Virus record (IMG/VR): IMGVR_UViG_2740892274_000005
Length of the DNA stretch: 44,169 nucleotides
Direction: 5' to 3' (one strand)
Origin: a virus
Taxonomy: Duplodnaviria > Heunggongvirae > Uroviricota > Caudoviricetes
The number at the start of each line of letters is the position of its first letter. Positions within the stretch are counted from its first letter, which is position 1. Positions 35,143-43,377 of the stretch are shown here, one piece after another. Under the pieces are notes generated by a model that was not told the DNA's origin, ran no database searches, and worked only from the letters and a program-made list of their open reading frames with translations. Position numbers and translations under genes: made by a program.

Positions 35143-35286
35143 TTATTCATCCTCACAATTTATACATGCAGTGTCGTCGCCCATATCGCAGTGGTTACAT
35201 TTTATCTCACCACAATGTGGGCACTCTTTCAGATACTCCGGGTCCTCATTTCCACAGGTGGGACATTCAACAATTTGCTCATCCAT
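35143..35286 (-). CDS. Zinc-ribbon micro-protein (47 aa), absent from the ORF track
   Basis: Hand translation: MDEQIVECPTCGNEDPEYLKECPHCGEIKCNHCDMGDDTACINCEDE. Two CxxC pairs plus a CxxC/C cluster. ATG at 35286 overlaps the upstream stop (ATGGATGA); stop TAA at 35145..35143. Confidence 0.55.
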   Translation of the reverse strand: MDEQIVECPTCGNEDPEYLKECPHCGEIKCNHCDMGDDTACINCEDE

Positions 35287-35611
35287 TATGTATCCCCTGT
35301 AATTCCGGCAAGGCCGAAAGATGGCACCAGTGCGTCACCTGTCCGTCCTCATCTTCAAGGCAGGCTCCGGTTTCTTCATCAATAAAAAAGCCTTCATACC
35401 CCATATGGCCGATGCGCAGTTCCTGTTGGTCACCATACTGAACAATCAGCACGACAGCCTCCATATCAGGCGGAAATGCGTCATCCAGTGAATGCCAGGG
35501 ATAACCGCGCAAATCCCCGAAATAAACGCCGGTCAGCGTTCCGCCACAGAGCGGCATTCCGGCGGCACACACAAGAGGTTCATCTGATTCAACAAATAAG
35601 GTCGTTATCAT
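35279..35611 (-). CDS. Hypothetical 110-aa acidic protein
   Basis: Coupled to both neighbours by 4-nt and 8-nt overlaps. No family recognised. Confidence 0.55.
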   Translation of the reverse strand: MITTLFVESDEPLVCAAGMPLCGGTLTGVYFGDLRGYPWHSLDDAFPPDMEAVVLIVQYGDQQELRIGHMGYEGFFIDEETGACLEDEDGQVTHWCHLSALPELQGIHNG

Positions 35612-36159
35612 GGCGTTAACTCCCGTAATACAGCGTCCTCGGCAGTCCGGCGACGGTAATAAACTGCGTGAGCAGAATGTTCAGATATTCCAAACTTTTC
35701 GCCAATTTCCCGGAATGACAGACGGCGTGGGTAATCGGAATCACGCAGCTCACGTATAAGACGTACATCATCATCAGATATGCGCGTGCCGGGGCGTAAC
35801 TCTCCGCACTTTGTTAATCCAGCACCAATCATTCCTGCCCGACATCTGACAGAATCTTTATTACGTCCGAGATATTCTCCCATTTGCTGGCAGGTCATTG
35901 TTCTGGCATTTTTTCGAATAAACTTATCTTCATCAGGTGTAAATCTTGGGTGTTTATATTTCAGTAACTCCGGGTATGAACTGCGCAATACACCAGTCCG
36001 GTTATATACAGCCCAGACAGTTCTTTTTATTCTGGCAGCAATATCCTTAACCGGGGTGGATGAATAAAGCGCAATCAGCAGCGCATCTTCTTCAGGTGTC
36101 CACGGACGGACATGAGCGGGGGCGCGACCTTTTAGTCCCATGGGTTGTAATTTCATCAT
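35608..36159 (-). CDS. Protein with three tandem Myb/SANT-like HTH repeats
   Basis: Repeat 1 RPWTPEEDALLIALYSSTPVKDIAARIKRTVWAVYNR; repeat 2 PRFTPDEDKFIRKNARTMTCQQMGEYLGRNKDSVRCR; repeat 3 ISDDDVRLIRELRDSDYPRRLSFREIGEKFGISEHSAHAVYYRR. Confidence 0.6.
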   Translation of the reverse strand: MMKLQPMGLKGRAPAHVRPWTPEEDALLIALYSSTPVKDIAARIKRTVWAVYNRTGVLRSSYPELLKYKHPRFTPDEDKFIRKNARTMTCQQMGEYLGRNKDSVRCRAGMIGAGLTKCGELRPGTRISDDDVRLIRELRDSDYPRRLSFREIGEKFGISEHSAHAVYYRRRTAEDAVLRELTP

Positions 36160-36162
36160 GCA

Positions 36163-36678
36163 TCACCCCCTGACTCGCTTTTCAGCAGCATAAAACTCAT
36201 CAGACAGTATTTCGGTCATTTTCTGTTTTGCGGGTTTTACGCCGCACTGAAGGTAAATCACATCGTCAACGCAGAACCACTTCACAGGGCCAAACAGGAT
36301 TGCCGAGAAATCAATACCCAACCAGAACAACAGCGCATCGGTTCTGGCATACGTGACGGGCGAATATTCACGCCACAGACTGTTCAGTTCATCAGAGGCA
36401 ACACGCAGGGTTTTAGGGATACGTGATGTGCGCGGTGTGCAGCTCCAGCCATTCGACGCAGTCGGTTTTCGCCATAAGTCGCGATGAAAAGGATATTTGT
36501 CCTCCGTAAAACGCAGTCCCTTAAAGTAAAATCCACTGATACCGGATACAAATACCGACCGGCACGCAACATTCAGCACGGCCTCAAGGCGTTTTGCCTC
36601 ATCCTTAACTTTCTGGCAGTCCTGCTGGTATTTTTGCCACGCAGCCAGCGCGGAAGGGTTTGATGTTTTAAAGAACAT
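36163..36678 (-). CDS. Hypothetical early protein (171 aa)
   Basis: In the early operon between gam and the accessory cassette. No family recognised. Confidence 0.5.
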   Translation of the reverse strand: MFFKTSNPSALAAWQKYQQDCQKVKDEAKRLEAVLNVACRSVFVSGISGFYFKGLRFTEDKYPFHRDLWRKPTASNGWSCTPRTSRIPKTLRVASDELNSLWREYSPVTYARTDALLFWLGIDFSAILFGPVKWFCVDDVIYLQCGVKPAKQKMTEILSDEFYAAEKRVRG

Positions 36679-37211
36679 TACGCCACCTCCGCAGATATCC
36701 CGGCAGGCGCTGCTGTCCGGTCAACAATCAGGTAGCGCAGAACATGTTCAGTGATATTCCAGCCGCTTAAACCGCAGATAATGACGCCCAGGCGTATGTC
36801 GATATACGCCATCACAAACTGGGGCACGCCTTCTTTCATGGCCTGCTCATCAACTTCAGCCACCACATAAACGGTTTCACAGGTCAGAACGCCCTGAGCA
36901 AATTCCCACGCCATCGACGGAATATCATGCCCCTCAATCCATGGCAGGGATTTTCTGAAGCCGCACCACTGAACATCATCAGCCGCAGATTCCTGGCTGC
37001 ATTTGCGACGAACCGGCTGCACCGGGCGGGGACGCGGAATATCATAAAAACCGTTACATTCCGTCAGCACGCCTGCATCAACCGCATCACGCAGAAAATA
37101 AACCATGGAGGATGGCGGCATATTCATTTTTTCAGCCAGTACACCGCAGGTCAGGCGGCCATAAATACACAGCCAGTTTTTAACCCCTTCAAGCACTTTT
37201 GCATCAATCAT
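36678..37211 (-). CDS. Hypothetical early protein (177 aa)
   Basis: Follows gam after a 145-bp AT-rich gap. No family recognised. Confidence 0.5.
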   Translation of the reverse strand: MIDAKVLEGVKNWLCIYGRLTCGVLAEKMNMPPSSMVYFLRDAVDAGVLTECNGFYDIPRPRPVQPVRRKCSQESAADDVQWCGFRKSLPWIEGHDIPSMAWEFAQGVLTCETVYVVAEVDEQAMKEGVPQFVMAYIDIRLGVIICGLSGWNITEHVLRYLIVDRTAAPAGISAEVA

Positions 37212-37356
37212 GATTTATTTCCCCACCACATTATTAATGACGATATAAACGTATTTCATATTTCTTAACCCTTATTTTCTGTTTTCAGGCGCAAGCAGTC
37301 CCCTGACGCGAGCGCCATAATTAAAATGAAGTGATATTTAATTGATTAATGCGGTG

Positions 37357-37887
37357 TTATTTATTCAGTCCGGCGTCCTGTTCAAAAGGCTCGACATAAA
37401 AACTTTCAGCGCCTTTATTCACCTTGATACCGGCAATGCCTTTCACAGCATCCGGCTCCGCCAGGACGGCTTCCTTGTTCACTTCCTCTTTCGTGCGGAT
37501 GAAACGCTCAAGCCCCATACGGCGCAGCATTTCAATCACACCTTCCACATCACGGCTGACGCTGCATGATGGCGTTCCCAGCCGCCATGACACCGTTCCG
37601 GTGGTCAGATTGGCTGTTTTGGTTTTGCCGCCGTTCGTCAGCTCATCACGGTTGGTTTTGCACCAGTCCTGAATCCCTTTAAAAAGCACTTTGATTTGCT
37701 TTTTAAGATTTTCAATCTGCGGCGTATAACGGGCGGTGATTTCTGCCACTTCGTCATTCATCGCCGTTTCCAGGCGCAGCGCCTCTCGCTGAATATCTCC
37801 CAGGGTGCGGATATCACGGCTGACTTCTTCCCGGGTCTGCGGTGCCGCCTCGGCTGCGGCCTTTAATTTTGTAACGCGTTTAGCCAT
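37357..37887 (-). CDS. gam: Host-nuclease inhibitor Gam (Mu Gam, Ku-like)
   Basis: MAKRVTKLKAAAEAAPQTREEVSRDIRTLGDIQREALRLETAMNDEVAEITARY...NRDELTNGGKTKTANLTTGTVSWR... is near-collinear with Mu Gam as I recall it. Confidence 0.85.
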   Translation of the reverse strand: MAKRVTKLKAAAEAAPQTREEVSRDIRTLGDIQREALRLETAMNDEVAEITARYTPQIENLKKQIKVLFKGIQDWCKTNRDELTNGGKTKTANLTTGTVSWRLGTPSCSVSRDVEGVIEMLRRMGLERFIRTKEEVNKEAVLAEPDAVKGIAGIKVNKGAESFYVEPFEQDAGLNK

Positions 37888-37898
37888 TTTGTTTTTCC

Positions 37899-38192
37899 TT
37901 ATTGCAGTGTGCCTGATGCTTTATGCACGCGGTGGCGTTTAATGATGGCATCCGCTCCAAAAGACTGTGCAGATGCCTGAAATTCCGCTGAGAGAAACTG
38001 AATAATTGCAGGACTGTGATACTGGAGAATACTTGCATAAACGTCACAGAGTGACGTCGGCCTGTTATCCGTATCACGTTCTGTTTTCACATCCACTCCA
38101 ATCTTTTCATGCACTTCAACACAGTCATTGCCTGCCAACTTTTCGTCATGCGAAACATGATTAAATTCAAAAATAACGCGTACTTTGCTCAT
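37899..38192 (-). CDS. Small early protein, paralogue of 38197..38469
   Basis: Start taken at the internal ATG 38192 (MSKVRVIFEFNHV...). Shares the N-terminal pattern MSKV-R-IFE-F/Y with the adjacent gene. Confidence 0.5.
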   Translation of the reverse strand: MSKVRVIFEFNHVSHDEKLAGNDCVEVHEKIGVDVKTERDTDNRPTSLCDVYASILQYHSPAIIQFLSAEFQASAQSFGADAIIKRHRVHKASGTLQ

Positions 38193-38196
38193 GGAA

Positions 38197-38469
38197 TTAC
38201 CCCTGTTGATTAAATTCATTACCGTTAATAACCCCGGAAGCCATGCCTCTGTCTTTCATGAATGCACTGGCTTTCATTGCCACAAACTCTGCGAAGTTTC
38301 TGCTTTCTGCCAGCATAACCACCCCAAAAATCATGGCGGGTCCATTATCTTTCTTCTTTATTCCGGTTGAACGTATATCCAGACTTACCCCTCTGTGCGT
38401 GCTGCCATCAGAGTTTTTGCAGATAACATCTTCCTTGTATTCGAAAATAATGCGTACGACTTTACTCAT
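38197..38469 (-). CDS. Small early protein, paralogue of 37899..38192
   Basis: 90 aa, MSKVVRIIFEYKEDVICKNSDGSTHRGVSLDIRSTG.... Tandem with its paralogue. Confidence 0.5.
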   Translation of the reverse strand: MSKVVRIIFEYKEDVICKNSDGSTHRGVSLDIRSTGIKKKDNGPAMIFGVVMLAESRNFAEFVAMKASAFMKDRGMASGVINGNEFNQQG

Positions 38470-38747
38470 CCTCTGGTCCTCGTTCTGTTTGGATAACTGA
38501 CCCGGCGTCTAACCTCACGGCAGAACCGAATCATGGCATTAAAGGCTTCTTCCTCCGTCACCGCTTCCGGTATCCCCGGAACCAGTAACTGCTCCTGTTC
38601 ATCACGTCCATGACGCGCCATAACCTCAATCACATGCCGTACCGTGGCAGGCTTTCCGGCAACTATCGGCAATGCACCTTCCGGCAGGACGTAACCAAAC
38701 TCAATAAGACCACTCGACCACGCCCATGCAATGAGATTTTTTTTCAC
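38466..38747 (-). CDS. Hypothetical early protein (93 aa)
   Basis: Coupled by a 4-nt overlap to the downstream gene. No family recognised. Confidence 0.5.
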   Translation of the reverse strand: MKKNLIAWAWSSGLIEFGYVLPEGALPIVAGKPATVRHVIEVMARHGRDEQEQLLVPGIPEAVTEEEAFNAMIRFCREVRRRVSYPNRTRTRG

Positions 38748-38748
38748 C

Positions 38749-39015
38749 TCACACCTCCCAGTAAACCGTGCAGCCGCTGATGCGGGTGGCCTTCACACGG
38801 CGGCGCAGGCCGTTGGTCTGTATGGTGATTTCAATTTCACCGGTTCCCTGCACGTTGCCTACCGGCGGCGTGGTTTTCAGTGCAAAACGTTGCGGATAGC
38901 GCTTACTGCGTTCCAGTACCGCACCGGCAAGTTCGGTCAGACGGCGCGCGCTGTTCAGGGAGTCGAATAAATTCATTTTGTTACCGCAGGATTGCATATT
39001 CATATAACACCTCAT
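38749..39015 (-). CDS. Hypothetical early protein, start uncertain
   Basis: 88-aa tracked ORF with several candidate Met starts (MNMQ.., MNLFDS..). No family recognised. Confidence 0.4.
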   Translation of the reverse strand: MRCYMNMQSCGNKMNLFDSLNSARRLTELAGAVLERSKRYPQRFALKTTPPVGNVQGTGEIEITIQTNGLRRRVKATRISGCTVYWEV

Positions 39016-39243
39016 TTAGCTGACTTGTTTCGCACCAACAGAACGGCATATTCCGCTGTAAACTTCTGTCGCACCTTCGCGATCAAGTCCGGCAGATATC
39101 ACCATTCGTGTGCGGTCATTAAATTCAAAAAGTAAATCGCCACATTCTTTATTTTCGGCCAGTGAAATCACCTTCACGTTATCGAAATTAACCAGGTAAA
39201 AGCGTCCGTAAATATCAGGAATATTAAATACCGCCATAATCAC
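39016..39243 (-). CDS. Small early protein immediately after B (position of kil in Mu)
   Basis: 75 aa, overlaps the B stop by 4 nt. Assignment to kil is positional only. Confidence 0.4.
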   Translation of the reverse strand: MIMAVFNIPDIYGRFYLVNFDNVKVISLAENKECGDLLFEFNDRTRMVISAGLDREGATEVYSGICRSVGAKQVS

Positions 39244-40181
39244 ACCTGTGAGAGTAATTCAGGGTTGGTATAAACCTCTTTAAAGGCCGCATTAATATGT
39301 TTTTCTGTCAGCGCCGCGCCTTCACCGCTGGCGGTGAGCCACGCCTGGTTAAGCGTATGTGTCAGAACGCGTAACGCTCCCGGCTTTTCAGCGATAGCCT
39401 GCATGACGGCCAGCTCGGCCTCACCACTGATCCCCCACGCCATGGCAATGGCCAGCACATCCGCCTTTTTGGCCTTGCGAAGTTGTTTTGTACGGGCAAG
39501 ACGGCTGAACAGGCGCGATAAATCATCAAAGGCGCGGCGTCCACCTTTAAACAATCCGCGCGGGTTACCAATAAGCACCATCCCGATCCCCGTGGCGTCC
39601 TGAATTGCCCGGAGTTGCTCCAGACCGTCAATACCAAGATGATCCGCCTCATCCACAATCACCAGTCCACGCGTTCCCATCAGGCGACGGCGGATGGCGC
39701 GGGATAATGCCCCTTTGTTCGCGCGGGTGTAATCAATCCCCAGCGCATCGGCCAGCTCCAGCAGACACTCCGTGACGCTGGAGTGCGCGGGTGACAGGGT
39801 GATCATCCAGGTGTTTGGTTGCTCCTGGCAGTAATTACGGGCAGTGGCCGTTTTACCCACACCCGGTACGCCCACAATAACGTTAATACAGCCCATCAGG
39901 CGAACCGCCTGAAACAGTGCGCGCAGCTCCTGGACTGTCTGAGTTTCCACAAACTGCGGCGGTTCCGGCAGTGCGCTTTGTTTATTCCAGTTCTCATACC
40001 AGGAGCGCAGGGAAGCAGCCACAGCAGCGTTATCGCCTTTATATTTTCCCTTACGGAAAGCCGATAATGTGCCGTCGGAAATTCCCGCCTCTCTGGCGAT
40101 GGCATACTGCGTCAGTACGCCGCCATCAATAAGTTCATCAATGGTCTTGATTACATCGTTAATATCGGTCATATTATTCAC
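39240..40181 (-). CDS. B: DNA transposition ATPase MuB-like
   Basis: 313 aa; ...LPEPPQFVETQTVQELRALFQAVRLMGCINVIVGVPGVGKTATARNYCQ...WMITLSP...LVIVDEADHLG... is collinear with Mu B as I recall it (Walker A GVPGVGKT). Confidence 0.88.
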   Translation of the reverse strand: MNNMTDINDVIKTIDELIDGGVLTQYAIAREAGISDGTLSAFRKGKYKGDNAAVAASLRSWYENWNKQSALPEPPQFVETQTVQELRALFQAVRLMGCINVIVGVPGVGKTATARNYCQEQPNTWMITLSPAHSSVTECLLELADALGIDYTRANKGALSRAIRRRLMGTRGLVIVDEADHLGIDGLEQLRAIQDATGIGMVLIGNPRGLFKGGRRAFDDLSRLFSRLARTKQLRKAKKADVLAIAMAWGISGEAELAVMQAIAEKPGALRVLTHTLNQAWLTASGEGAALTEKHINAAFKEVYTNPELLSQV

Positions 40182-40254
40182 CTCGCTTGAGACAGCATTC
40201 TCCGAGACTGAAACCTCAAATAACCTGAGTCACCCCTCGGGTTATTTTTTTATT

Positions 40255-42342
40255 TCAGGCCAGCGGATCACTTTCTTTTAATTTCGCTTCGAGCAGTTGC
40301 AATCCCCGCTGGAAATTACGCTCGTATTCTTCATCAGGTTCATCGTCAGCGACCGGTTGCTGAACGGTCACCGTATTACCCACAGGGCGGTATATGTTTT
40401 CCAGCCAGGGCTCCTGCGGCTTGTGCTCCAGCACGTTGACAACCTCATCCTCGGCATCACGGATTTTTTCCTCTGCGCGTTTACGCATGCCTTTAAGGCG
40501 CTGCTGCTGTTTGTAGTATTCCGCGCTGACAGGGAAGGCTTCGCGTTTATTGCCGTCCCATACCGCCTCGCAAATCACGCTGCCATCCGGGCGGCGCACG
40601 GTAATTCGTTCGGCATCATGAATGTCATAGCTGATAAGTACCTTACGGCCATGCTCGTCACGCAGCTCGGGCGCGTAGTAAATATTATTCAGCCAGCGTA
40701 TTTCACAGCGTCTTACAGGGCGCTCCACCATCGGCCGGAACATATCCCGCAGTTCAACATCGGACAGCCATTCAATTTCCGTGTCCTCTTCCGCCAGGCG
40801 TTTTTTTCTGAACTCCGCCGGGCTGTAATGTTTACCGTTCGGCTTCATGGGTAATTCATCGTGCGGCCGGTTGTTGTACCACTCAACACCGTCACGAATG
40901 GCATCAATCAGTTCAGACCAGGACGGTAAATCACGCATCGCTGACTGCTGCCGGGCGTTCAGCCGTTTGCCCTGTTGCAGGGCACTGAATGCCGAGCGTA
41001 AATCGCGGTTGGTTTTACGTAACGTCTCGCGATCTGCTCCTTTCCCGAAATAGGTGCGGTATTTACGGGCTATGCGCATCGGTAATGTGCGGTTAAGCCG
41101 TTCGATAATGCCCCGTCCCTGCGGATTACCGGCAATCCCTGTCGGGTGATTAATCCCCAGTCGTGGCAGTATCCCCACAATCTCCTTATCCAGGACGTCG
41201 GCGGTTTCCCCGGAGCCATTATCCGAGTAATACAGAAACGGTTTGCCATGATGGCGAATACCGTGCTGTATGGCACCGGCTACGGCGAAAACATTTTCAG
41301 CCAGGTCAAGGCTCCAGCCCACCACAAAGCGCGTGCCACCGTCGATAACAAAGGTCACTTCCGGTGCGAATGGCCGCCCGTGAACCGGGTGCGCGCATTT
41401 CAGCTTCATGCCGTGACCGTCACCAATCCAGACATAATTCACCGGCATTCTGGACCAGTCGCGGCGCGTGAATCCCTCAAGCTGACGGTATTCACTGCCA
41501 GTTACCCGGCCTTTTTGTTTCACCACTTCCGGCAGTTTCTTCATTGCGCGGCGAATGGTGTCATAAGAGGGCATGATATCGAGCATATAAGGCTCATCAG
41601 CGTGCCGGTGCTGCCATTCAGCAACAAAATCCTCGTAAGCCTCGGTCATTGGTCGGCCGTTTGACTGGCGATACTGCGCCAGAAATTCGGGCAGCCAGTT
41701 AATATCTTCGGCTTTTATTTCCTGGCGTTTACCCGGTGCCAGTAAAAGCAGGCGTTCAGCGGCGTTCTGTGCCTTGTTAAAGGCCGCAATCCAGCGTTTC
41801 AGCGTGATTTCACTCAACGCGCGGCTGTTTCCCTTTTTGGCGTTCGCCGTCTCAACCATTGCCACAATGCGCTCGTCCAGTTGTGATCGTGCCAGGCTGT
41901 TAACGAGGAACCGGATAGCTTTAGCGCAGCTGAAACCGGGTTGTTGCGTGAATTTCAGCACCTCACTGACGATCGCAATGCGTGCGTCTGCCACCTGGCG
42001 CTGGTTTTCAGTCAGGGCATTGAGGCGTTCGACCATCAGTTGTGGTGATCCGCGATATGCCTCCACCGCATCAACCACGGCAGACGAGCGTCTGGCCTTT
42101 GTCACCACCGGAGCCGGTGATTCATCGGCTTTTTGCGTCATCAGTTGCAGGGCATAACGTTCGCGTAATGCCTGCTGTGTCACTTCAGGTAAACAGTCAA
42201 TGCTGTATTCAAAACCTTTAGCGCCTTTCTTGCGGCGTCTGCTGGTTTCGCTGGTTGCATACTTCCTGATTGAATAGCGAACGCCTTGCTCCGTTCCCGG
42301 CATCCCCGGTAATCCAACCAGTTCTTTAACTGAAGCAAACAT
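40255..42342 (-). CDS. A: Mu-type DDE transposase A
   Basis: 695 aa directly downstream of ner and upstream of B. Large multidomain protein of the size and position of MuA. Confidence 0.88.
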   Translation of the reverse strand: MFASVKELVGLPGMPGTEQGVRYSIRKYATSETSRRRKKGAKGFEYSIDCLPEVTQQALRERYALQLMTQKADESPAPVVTKARRSSAVVDAVEAYRGSPQLMVERLNALTENQRQVADARIAIVSEVLKFTQQPGFSCAKAIRFLVNSLARSQLDERIVAMVETANAKKGNSRALSEITLKRWIAAFNKAQNAAERLLLLAPGKRQEIKAEDINWLPEFLAQYRQSNGRPMTEAYEDFVAEWQHRHADEPYMLDIMPSYDTIRRAMKKLPEVVKQKGRVTGSEYRQLEGFTRRDWSRMPVNYVWIGDGHGMKLKCAHPVHGRPFAPEVTFVIDGGTRFVVGWSLDLAENVFAVAGAIQHGIRHHGKPFLYYSDNGSGETADVLDKEIVGILPRLGINHPTGIAGNPQGRGIIERLNRTLPMRIARKYRTYFGKGADRETLRKTNRDLRSAFSALQQGKRLNARQQSAMRDLPSWSELIDAIRDGVEWYNNRPHDELPMKPNGKHYSPAEFRKKRLAEEDTEIEWLSDVELRDMFRPMVERPVRRCEIRWLNNIYYAPELRDEHGRKVLISYDIHDAERITVRRPDGSVICEAVWDGNKREAFPVSAEYYKQQQRLKGMRKRAEEKIRDAEDEVVNVLEHKPQEPWLENIYRPVGNTVTVQQPVADDEPDEEYERNFQRGLQLLEAKLKESDPLA

Positions 42343-42344
42343 AA

Positions 42345-42575
42345 TTACGCGACCTTACGAATGTAGCGGCTGGGCCAAATCTCCTCGGGCGGCACCCCCA
42401 GGCATTCCGCGATAATCCCCTCATACTTGGGAACATGGCGGTATACCGCGTTGTACAGATTGTTCTGACCCACGCCAGCTTTACGGGCCAGCGCCCTCAT
42501 GCTTCCTTCTCTGGCTCTGACTTCCCCCAAAATTCTTTGAGGATGCCAATCAGGCTTAACTTCATTTCTCGCCAT
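42345..42575 (-). CDS. ner: Ner-like DNA-binding regulator (Ner/Nlp family)
   Basis: 76 aa; ...WHPQRILGEVRAREGSMRALARKAGVGQNNLYNAVYRHVPKYEGIIAECLGVPPEEIWPSRY... matches the Ner pattern (...IWPSRY). First gene of the early operon. Confidence 0.85.
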   Translation of the reverse strand: MARNEVKPDWHPQRILGEVRAREGSMRALARKAGVGQNNLYNAVYRHVPKYEGIIAECLGVPPEEIWPSRYIRKVA

Positions 42576-42603
42576 GATTCATCTATCCTAAAAAGTTACG
42601 AAA

Positions 42604-42627
42604 TTTGATAACTAAACTTAGTTATCA
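42604..42627. promoter_or_regulatory. Perfect palindrome in the c/ner intergenic region (candidate operator)
   Basis: TTGATAACTAA AC TTAGTTATCAA has 11-bp arms and a 2-bp spacer. A further inverted pair ATTGATCCAC (42643..42652) / GTGGATCAAT (42698..42707) carries GATC sites. Confidence 0.5.
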
Positions 42628-42760
42628 AGTTTGATATAAGTATTGATCCACTTCTGCTTCATGTAAAGCAAAAAAAACATCTTTCTTTTGTCTATTGTGG
42701 ATCAATGGTTGCTGACAACACTAAAAGTTAATAATTTCAAATTGATAGGAAGAAAAGAAA

Positions 42761-43306
42761 ATGAACAAGCAAACAACAACATCTCTTTCTTTTCCTGGTG
42801 GTAGAAAAGAAAGCATTGCTGAGCGTCTGAAAAGGCTGATTGGCTCCCGCAGCGTCAGAGCTGCAGCAAGAGATTGGGGGCTTTCATTTTCAACACTAAA
42901 CAATTATCTGTCTCGTGGCACTGAGCCATCCTTAAGTGTCGCCCTTCAGATTGCGTCTATCGAAGGAGTAAGTGTTGAGTGGCTATGTGGATTCAGTGAT
43001 GCATCACAAGTGAATCGGTGTGAGATCAAGGAAAATCAAGATGAAAGCAAGAAGATAATTATGACGATTATCAGCGCACTTGATGAAAAAGACTTAGAGC
43101 AGCTATCGAAAAATTTGGTTCTGAATGGAGCCAAGTACTTAGCTCGGTTGTTAGAGCCTGAAAATCAAGATCTAATCCGCTTAGAAGGAAGGAAAAGAAT
43201 AGCTGCATTACAGCTTGAAGGTATGTCTGACGAACGCGTCAGAGAGATTTTGGAAGAAACTGAGAGAAGTCGCAAATCTAACGCGGTAGAACCAAAAGCG
43301 GGTTAA
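42761..43306 (+). CDS. Putative phage repressor (HTH protein, c-repressor position)
   Basis: 181 aa transcribed divergently from ner towards the left end, as for Mu c. N-terminal HTH-like segment (...SVRAAARDWGLSFSTLNNYLSRGTEPSLSVALQIASIEG...). Confidence 0.6.
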   Translation: MNKQTTTSLSFPGGRKESIAERLKRLIGSRSVRAAARDWGLSFSTLNNYLSRGTEPSLSVALQIASIEGVSVEWLCGFSDASQVNRCEIKENQDESKKIIMTIISALDEKDLEQLSKNLVLNGAKYLARLLEPENQDLIRLEGRKRIAALQLEGMSDERVREILEETERSRKSNAVEPKAG

Positions 43307-43377
43307 TAGCATTAGCCCGCATTTTGCACTATATCGAGTATTTCGCATTGTTTGGAACGCCTTAAAAGACTAAAACC

